Assembly (NCBI GenBank): GCA_044229975.1 | Contig: JBGARZ010000037.1 | Location: 1-11,625, forward strand | DNA: 11,625 nucleotides | Reading direction: 5' to 3' | From: Polyangiales bacterium | GTDB taxonomy: Bacteria; Myxococcota_A; Polyangia; Polyangiales; Ga0077539 | Shown here: positions 1 to 5,162 of the stretch, one piece after another | Numbering within the stretch: the stretch's first letter is position 1 | Layout: every line of letters begins with the position of its first letter | The notes under the pieces: generated by a model | What the model saw: the letters and a program-made list of their open reading frames with translations, nothing else | The model's database searches: none | Told to the model about the DNA's origin: nothing | Translations under genes and position numbers: made by a program

Positions 1-53
1 TTCCCCGGCGGTAACCCCCTGACCTGAATTCAGAGAGCGACGCGAGAAGACCA

Positions 54-1445
54 ATGAATGACTCGATGTTCCTGGGCGCGTCGCTCGCCCTCGAATCGAA
101 GAACCAACAACGCCTGGTCTTGCCGCCCCATCATCTGACCACGCACGGTGTCCTGGTCGGAATGACCGGGAGCGGCAAGACAGGGCTCCTCACCGTCATC
201 ATCGAAGAGGCGGCGCGGGCCGGCGTGCCCGTGCTCTGCGTCGACGTGAAGGGGGACATGGCCAACCTGCTATTGGCCTTCCCCGACTTCGCGCCTCAGA
301 CGCTCGTGCCCTGGGTAGAGCCGAGCCCGACCATGAAGGGTGACAATCCGAGGGAGGCGCTCGCGCAGCGCCTGGCCGAAGATCGCCGGAAGGGACTCGG
401 GGCCTGGGGCATCGATCTCCAAGCACTGCTCGACTATCGCCAGCGCACCCACGTGCGCGTGCTCACCCCGGGCGCCGACGCGGGGGAGCTTCTCCATGTG
501 CTGTCGTCGCTCGAGCGGCGCTCGGCGCGGTGGGACGACGACGTCGAGGGCGCGCGGGCCGCGCTCTCGGCGGCGATCTCACTCGTCTTGAGGCTGCTCG
601 GGCGCGACGCCGATCCTGCTCGCAGCCGCGAGCACGTCTTTCTATCCACCCTCGCCGAGCAGCGCCTCATGCACAATCAGCCCGCGGATCTCGCCTCGCT
701 CCTGCCCGAGGTGATCGAGCCGCCCTTCGACTCCATCGGGGCGCTGCCCGTCGAGTCCTTCATCGGAAAGCGCGCGCGGAAAGATCTCGCCGCCGCGCTC
801 AACGCGCTCCTCGCCTCCCCCTCGTTCGCGAGCTGGAGGCAAGGCGCCACGCTCGACGTCGGCTCGTGGATGAAGCCCCTCCAACACGAGGGCGCGAGCA
901 AGACCCCCATCACCATCCTCAGCGTCGCGCACCTCGACGACGACGAGCGAGAGCTCGTGCTCGGTGTCGTGCTCGAGGAGGTCCTCACCTGGGTGCGGAG
1001 CCTGCCGGGATCGCAGCACCTCCGTGCCCTCGTGGTCTTCGACGAGGTGTACGGCTTCTTGCCGCCCCACCCCAACACACCCCCCACGAAGCGGCCCTTG
1101 GTCGCGCTCATGAAGCAGGCCCGGGCGTTCGGGGTCGGCGTGCTCATCGCCACCCAGAACCCCATGGACCTGGATTATCGCGCCCTCTCGAACGCCGGAC
1201 TGTGGTGCTTGGGCCGGCTGCAGACGGACGCGGACCGGGCGCGCGTATTGGATGGATTGGTCGGCTCAGGCGCGGGCGAGCCCGAAGAGCTGGCGCGGCT
1301 GCTCAAGCAGATGAAGCCGCGGTGGTTCCTGATGCGCGATGTCCATGACGCACGGGGGACGATGTTCTTGCAGCCGCGGTGGGCGATGTCGTTCTTGAGG
1401 GGCCCGATGACGCGGGCGGAGATCAAGAGGGCGAGGGGCCAATGA
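54..1445 (+). CDS. HerA/FtsK-superfamily P-loop ATPase (DUF87/DUF853-like helicase HerA-like domain protein), 463 aa
   Basis: Walker A THGVLVGMTGSGKT (GMTGSGKT at nt 159-182); VDVKGD strand; Walker B LVVFDEVYG (about 1029-1055); arginine-finger and sensor segment MKQARAFGVGVLIATQNP typical of HerA/FtsK/VirB4 ATPases; GC-rich third codon positions. Confidence 0.9.
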   Translation: MNDSMFLGASLALESKNQQRLVLPPHHLTTHGVLVGMTGSGKTGLLTVIIEEAARAGVPVLCVDVKGDMANLLLAFPDFAPQTLVPWVEPSPTMKGDNPREALAQRLAEDRRKGLGAWGIDLQALLDYRQRTHVRVLTPGADAGELLHVLSSLERRSARWDDDVEGARAALSAAISLVLRLLGRDADPARSREHVFLSTLAEQRLMHNQPADLASLLPEVIEPPFDSIGALPVESFIGKRARKDLAAALNALLASPSFASWRQGATLDVGSWMKPLQHEGASKTPITILSVAHLDDDERELVLGVVLEEVLTWVRSLPGSQHLRALVVFDEVYGFLPPHPNTPPTKRPLVALMKQARAFGVGVLIATQNPMDLDYRALSNAGLWCLGRLQTDADRARVLDGLVGSGAGEPEELARLLKQMKPRWFLMRDVHDARGTMFLQPRWAMSFLRGPMTRAEIKRARGQ

Positions 1446-2341
1446 ACGCGGAAGAAGGCCTCCGCGCGCTGCGCCGTCGCATCAAGCTCTCCGGAGCTCC
1501 CAAGCGCGAGCGCGACGACCTCGTCACCATCGCGACCTGGAACATCCGCGAATTCGGCAGGCGGCGGCGACGCCCCGAGTCGCTCCGATACATCGCCGAG
1601 ATCATCCGCCAGTTCGACCTCGTCGCCATCGTCGAGCTCCGCGACGACCTCCACGACTTCTTCACCGTGCTCGAGCACCTCGGCCCGCGCTGGGCCCGCG
1701 TGTACTCCGACTTCATCCCCGACGCAGGCGGCAACCACGAGCGCCTCGGCTTCCTCTTCGACACCAGCACCATCGAGCACACCGGCCTCGCGAGCCAAGC
1801 CTGCCCGCCCCGCAAGCGCATCGACTCCGAGTACCTACCCCAGATCGGCTGGTGGAGGCCCCCGTTCATCGCCTCCTTCAAGTGCCGCGGCCGCGAGCTA
1901 TGCCTCGTCACAGCCCACATCCGCTGGGCCGGCGACGACGAGATGGCCCGCCTCCCCGAAATCGAGCTCCTGGCCGACTGGGTCCACCGACGCTCCCAAG
2001 AGGACTGGCTCCGCCACGCGGACCTGTTCGTGCTCGGCGACTTCAACATCCCGAGCGTGGAGAGCCCGCTCTTTCGGGCAATTGTGAGAAGAGGATTGGT
2101 CGCGCCGAAAGTGCTATTGGGCGCGCATGGGACCAACCTCGCGATGAACAAGCGCTATGACCAGATCCTGCACCTGCCCGGGCGCGGGTTTGGGCTGACG
2201 GGCCTGGGCGGGGAGCTGGACTTCTATTCGGGCGGCGGGATCGGTGAGCTCTATGGGAGGGCGCGGATCGATGAGCGGGAGTTCACTTATGAGATGAGTG
2301 ACCATTTGCCGCTTTGGTGTCAGGTGCGGGTGGTGGGGTAG
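1442..2341 (+). CDS. Endonuclease/exonuclease/phosphatase (EEP, DNase I-like) family protein, 299 aa
   Basis: EEP motifs IATWNIREF, FDLVAIVE, ERLGFLFD, RPPFIASF, LVTAHIRW, LGDFN, YDQI and MSDHLP. The start is placed at ATG 1442, which overlaps the upstream stop (ATGA) and follows a GAGGGG Shine-Dalgarno-like sequence, rather than at the track's 1379. Confidence 0.92.
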   Translation: MNAEEGLRALRRRIKLSGAPKRERDDLVTIATWNIREFGRRRRRPESLRYIAEIIRQFDLVAIVELRDDLHDFFTVLEHLGPRWARVYSDFIPDAGGNHERLGFLFDTSTIEHTGLASQACPPRKRIDSEYLPQIGWWRPPFIASFKCRGRELCLVTAHIRWAGDDEMARLPEIELLADWVHRRSQEDWLRHADLFVLGDFNIPSVESPLFRAIVRRGLVAPKVLLGAHGTNLAMNKRYDQILHLPGRGFGLTGLGGELDFYSGGGIGELYGRARIDEREFTYEMSDHLPLWCQVRVVG

Positions 2342-2402
2342 GCGGTTGTGTTCGCGGATCGAGTGGCTTGATGCTGTTGCCATGGGGCTGGCGTTAGCCG
2401 CC

Positions 2403-2477
2403 GGCGGCTTCGCTTGGCGGTTGAGCGCGTGACTGTTAATCACGGGGTCGCTGGTTCGAGTCCAGCAGCTCGAGCCA
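2403..2477 (+). pseudogene. tRNA-Asn(GTT) remnant with degenerate 5' end; probable att site
   Basis: Anticodon arm CGTGA-CTGTTAA-TCACG (2428-2444, anticodon GTT 2435-2437), variable loop GGGTC, T arm GCTGG-TTCGAGT-CCAGC (2450-2466), 3' acceptor strand AGCTCGA, discriminator G and CCA (2475-2477). The 5' acceptor strand GGCGGCT (2403-2409) makes only 4 of 7 pairs, with the outer three mismatched, and the D loop lacks its usual A residues. Confidence 0.8.
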
Positions 2478-2515
2478 TTTTCGAGTCGCGCCAAGAAGGG
2501 CGACCAGCAGGTAAA

Positions 2516-2557
2516 CGGAACCCCGAGCGGCGCGAGCTTCTCGGGGTTCTGCATTTC
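2516..2557 (+). terminator. Terminator-like hairpin downstream of the tRNA remnant
   Basis: GAACCCCGAG (2518-2527) and CTCGGGGTTC (2540-2549) form a perfect 10-bp inverted repeat, extendable by 2 bp, followed by a short CATTTC tail. Confidence 0.6.
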
Positions 2558-2739
2558 TGGCGGAACGGCGCGGTGATGCGTGAGGGGGCGAGGAGCGCGA
2601 GGCGTTCTCCGTCGTGCGCGAGGAGAACGCGGGAGGCGGCCCCCCCTGTGTCAGAGGAGTTGTCCGATCGATCGATCTCTGAAGATCGATGTTTCGAATC
2701 CCTCAATCATCCCTGGTGGGCGGAGCGAGCGAACCGAGC

Positions 2740-3306
2740 GTGACCGAATACAGCGAAGCATTCAAGTCCAAGATGGTGCAGCGGATGATGGGCCCCCGCG
2801 CGATGAGCGCGAACTCCCTCTCGACGGAGATGGGGATCAACCAATCGACGCTGTCGCGGTGGCTTCGAGGAGCACGAGGTACTCTCGGCTCGATGTCCAA
2901 GAAGCCGTCTACACCCCCAACATCGCCGAGCCCCTCAACGCCTGCGGAGAAGCCGAGGGCGCGTCGCGCCGAGGAGTGGTCGGCGGAGGCGCGTCTGCGC
3001 GTCGTCACCGAGGCGGGCCGCCTGCCGGATTCCGAGCTCGGGGCCTTCCTCCGTCGCGAGGGGCTCCACGAAGCGACGTTGAGCGAATGGCGGTCAGCGG
3101 CCCTCGACGGCCTCGCTCCGGAACGGTCTGCTCGCGCCCGCACGAAGCGTTCTTCGGAGCAGAAGCGCGTTCGCGAGCTTGAGCGTGAGGTGAGGCGAAA
3201 GGACCGAGCGCTGGCAGAGGCCGCCGCGCTCCTCGTCCTCCAAAAAAAAGTCCAGGCGATCTGGGGGGACGGGGACGACGACACGGCGGAGAAGAGCGAC
3301 GAATGA
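2740..3306 (+). CDS. IS3-family transposase OrfA (helix-turn-helix protein), about 188 aa
   Basis: Probable GTG start at 2740 (VTEYSEAFKSKMVQRM); HTH segment ANSLSTEMGINQSTLSRW; second helical segment ELGAFLRREGLHEATLSEWR; coiled-coil RELEREVRRKDRALAEAAALLVLQKK ending at the frameshift site. Confidence 0.88.
   Translation: MTEYSEAFKSKMVQRMMGPRAMSANSLSTEMGINQSTLSRWLRGARGTLGSMSKKPSTPPTSPSPSTPAEKPRARRAEEWSAEARLRVVTEAGRLPDSELGAFLRREGLHEATLSEWRSAALDGLAPERSARARTKRSSEQKRVRELEREVRRKDRALAEAAALLVLQKKVQAIWGDGDDDTAEKSDE
3242..3265 (+). other. Programmed -1 ribosomal frameshift signal
   Basis: A8G run (3242-3250) containing A-AAA-AAG, followed by a weak CCAG-GCGAT-CTGG stem. The -1 frame is open (KSPGDLGGRGRRHGGEERRM) into orfB. 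Confidence 0.8.
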
Positions 3307-4334
3307 TCCTCGATCTCCTCGACGAATCCGTCGCGGCAGGAGCGCGCGTTGAGAGGGCCTCCGAGGTACTCGGCGTGACTCCGCGGACGGTGACCCGCTG
3401 GCGTGCCGAAGGCGTGGGCGACGACCGGCGAGGCGCCGTCACGACTTCGCCGGCGCACAAGCTCACCGAGGCCGAGCGACAGGCCGTGCTCGACGCTGCT
3501 CACCGCCCGGAGTTTCGGAACCTTTCCCCGCGGCAGATCGTCCCCCTGCTTGCCGACCGCAATGAGTACATCGCGAGCGAGTCGACATTCTACCGAGTGC
3601 TCCGCGAGGCTGGCGAGCTGGCGCATCGAGGACACTCGCGTCCGCGAAAAGGACGCAGGCCCGACGAGCACGTGGCGAGCGCTCCGAACCAGGTCTGGTC
3701 TTGGGACATCACCTATCTCCGAAGCCCGATACGCGGCGTGTTTTTCTACCTCTACCTCATAGTCGACATCTACAGCCGAAAACTCGTCGGGTGGCGCGTC
3801 GAGCTCGAGGAGTCGGCCGAGCTCGCTGCGGAGCTCGTCAGAGAAGCAACCGCTCGCGAGCACGTCGACGCCGACCAGCTCGTGCTCCACGCCGACAACG
3901 GCGGCCCGATGAAGGGCTCGACGATGCTTGCGACGCTGCAACGCCTTGGGGTCGTTCCTTCCTTCAGCCGACCAAGCGTGAGCGACGATAACCCGTTCTC
4001 CGAGGCGCTCTTCCGTACTCTCAAGTATCGCCCCGGCTTCCCGCGCAAGCCCTTTGCTACCATTGCGGCGGCCCGCGAATGGGTCGCCGGCTTCGTTGCC
4101 TGGTACAACGACGAGCATCTTCATAGCGCCATCCGCTACGTCACGCCGAGTGCGCGCCACCTCGGTCGCGACACGGCCATCCTCGCGAAGCGCCGCGCCG
4201 TCTATCGCGCGGCGAAGAAACGGATGCCACGACGATGGACCGGCGACATTCGCAACTGGTCGCCCGTCGGCGCCGTCTACCTCAACCCCGTGAAGCAGGA
4301 GGTCCATATCGTCCCCATTGCCAAGGCACTTTGA
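3303..4334 (+). CDS. IS3-family transposase OrfB (rve integrase core, DDE), 343 aa
   Basis: PNQVWSWDITYL (D1), YLYLIVDIYSRKLVGW, LHADNGGPM (D2), DDNPFSEALFRTLK (E) and WYNDEHLHSAI; its ATG overlaps the orfA stop (ATGA). Confidence 0.95.
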   Translation: MILDLLDESVAAGARVERASEVLGVTPRTVTRWRAEGVGDDRRGAVTTSPAHKLTEAERQAVLDAAHRPEFRNLSPRQIVPLLADRNEYIASESTFYRVLREAGELAHRGHSRPRKGRRPDEHVASAPNQVWSWDITYLRSPIRGVFFYLYLIVDIYSRKLVGWRVELEESAELAAELVREATAREHVDADQLVLHADNGGPMKGSTMLATLQRLGVVPSFSRPSVSDDNPFSEALFRTLKYRPGFPRKPFATIAAAREWVAGFVAWYNDEHLHSAIRYVTPSARHLGRDTAILAKRRAVYRAAKKRMPRRWTGDIRNWSPVGAVYLNPVKQEVHIVPIAKAL

Positions 4335-4570
4335 TCAATTGGGGTAGACAACTTCATTGACACGCCCCGTCTGCGTCTCGGGTGCCGTAGCGGCGCGCGA
4401 CGGAGGCGTGGCGAGTTGGACGCGGACGTGTGCTGGCCCGCAACACCATTGCCCGGCGTTCGACGGAGAGAGAACCGCTTCGTGTCATGCGCTTGAGGTC
4501 GGCGACGCCTGCCCGGCGCGGTTGCTCAAAAAAAGGACGTCCTCGAAAAAGGGCGATCCTGGCTGACGGC

Positions 4571-4723
4571 CGCCTCGAGGCGAGGGCGAGGGCTTATGCT
4601 GGCCTCAGGAAGCCTAGCGATGGCACTTTGGGGCTTAGCTAAGCCCTGGAGCGCCTCGCGAGGCTTCAAGAGGTTTACGTAAGCCCCGGACAGCCCGGCG
4701 GAGGGTTTGGGTTTAGCGAGCCC
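4571..4723. repeat. Degenerate tandem repeat with about 40-bp period, palindrome-rich (3 full units plus 1 partial)
   Basis: Units 4571-4610, 4611-4650 and 4651-4690 each have GCCT near the start and end in GGA. Perfect palindromes: CGCCTCGAGGCG (4571-4582), GGGCTTAGCTAAGCCC (4631-4646), GCCTCGCGAGGC (4653-4664). Variants: AGGTTTACGTAAGCCC (4671-4686) and GGGTTTAGCGAGCCC (4709-4723). Confidence 0.6.
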
Positions 4724-5149
4724 GTTCCGCTGCGTTGTCATTGCCGGCGGTGTTTTCAGCTTGCTCGGAAGTGCCGGCGAGGAGCATGCCCTGGAGCGAA
4801 GGCTTCTCCAAGATCGCCGTCGCGAGGCTTGCCGGGGCTCGCTAAGCGTCGATGGCGGCTGCGCGTGAGCGTGCGGCGCTCCGTCGCTCTTTTTCAACCG
4901 GGCGACCTCGTCCGCATAACCAGTTTGTCAGCAGCGAAGCATTGGGGGCGGCGCGGCTACCGGGGAGATCTGAAGCGGCGCCTTACCGGCCTCGTCGACA
5001 TGACCATCGATGATCACGAGACGTCGTTCGCGCTCGGGCGAGCTCTGCACCACACCGGGGTGGGAGGGCTCGGCGCTCCCACTCATTCGCGGCTTCTCGC
5101 GCAGAGGCCATTCCCATACCACCGTCCCATCCAATAGCTTCGTCCACAA

Positions 5150-5156
5150 GGGGAGG
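5150..5156 (+). promoter_or_regulatory. Shine-Dalgarno sequence of the giant RHS gene
   Basis: GGGGAGG lies 6 nt upstream of ATG 5163. Confidence 0.75.
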
Positions 5157-5162
5157 TCTCTC

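Larger units (their letters stand above)
2649..4362 (+). mobile_element. IS3-family insertion sequence, about 1.7 kb
   Basis: Imperfect terminal inverted repeats: left GTGTCAGAGGAGTTGTC (2648-2664) versus reverse complement of right GTGTCAATGAAGTTGTC (4347-4363), 14/17 identical, giving TG...CA ends at 2649 and 4362. orfA and orfB lie in relative -1 frames with a slippery site. Exact ends are uncertain by a few bases. Confidence 0.9.

Noticed and set aside
1379..1441. Track start of the EEP gene at 1379 (and of orfA at 2689)
   Set aside because: ATG 1442 has a Shine-Dalgarno-like sequence and a stop-start overlap; orfA similarity to IS3-type N-termini begins at about GTG 2740.
199..2160. Alternative-frame and antisense ORFs overlapping the ATPase and EEP genes
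   Set aside because: They are Arg/Ala/Pro/Ser-rich translations typical of off-frame high-GC sequence and are overlapped by well-supported genes.
2403..2477. Functional tRNA-Asn gene
   Set aside because: The three outer acceptor-stem pairs are mismatched and the D loop is non-canonical, so it is called a remnant.
2703..4307. 534-aa minus-strand ORF across the IS
   Set aside because: It is the antisense shadow of the transposase orfB frame and shows no independent protein motifs.
4621..4640. Sigma-54 promoter starting TGGCAC
   Set aside because: The -12 TTGC element is absent at the required spacing.
4571..4723. CRISPR array
   Set aside because: The repeats are too degenerate, the intervening parts resemble each other rather than being unique spacers, the period is too short, and no cas genes are in the window.
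4912..4930. GCATAAC as a possible integron attC end
   Set aside because: I found no complementary GTTATGC-type partner at a suitable distance, and there is no cassette ORF or integron integrase.
4357..5137. Small ORFs between the IS and the RHS gene (4357-4566, 4430-4642, 4526-4897, 4829-5137)
   Set aside because: They have no recognisable domains or convincing ribosome-binding sites; the repeated GLAKP peptide simply reflects the DNA palindromes.
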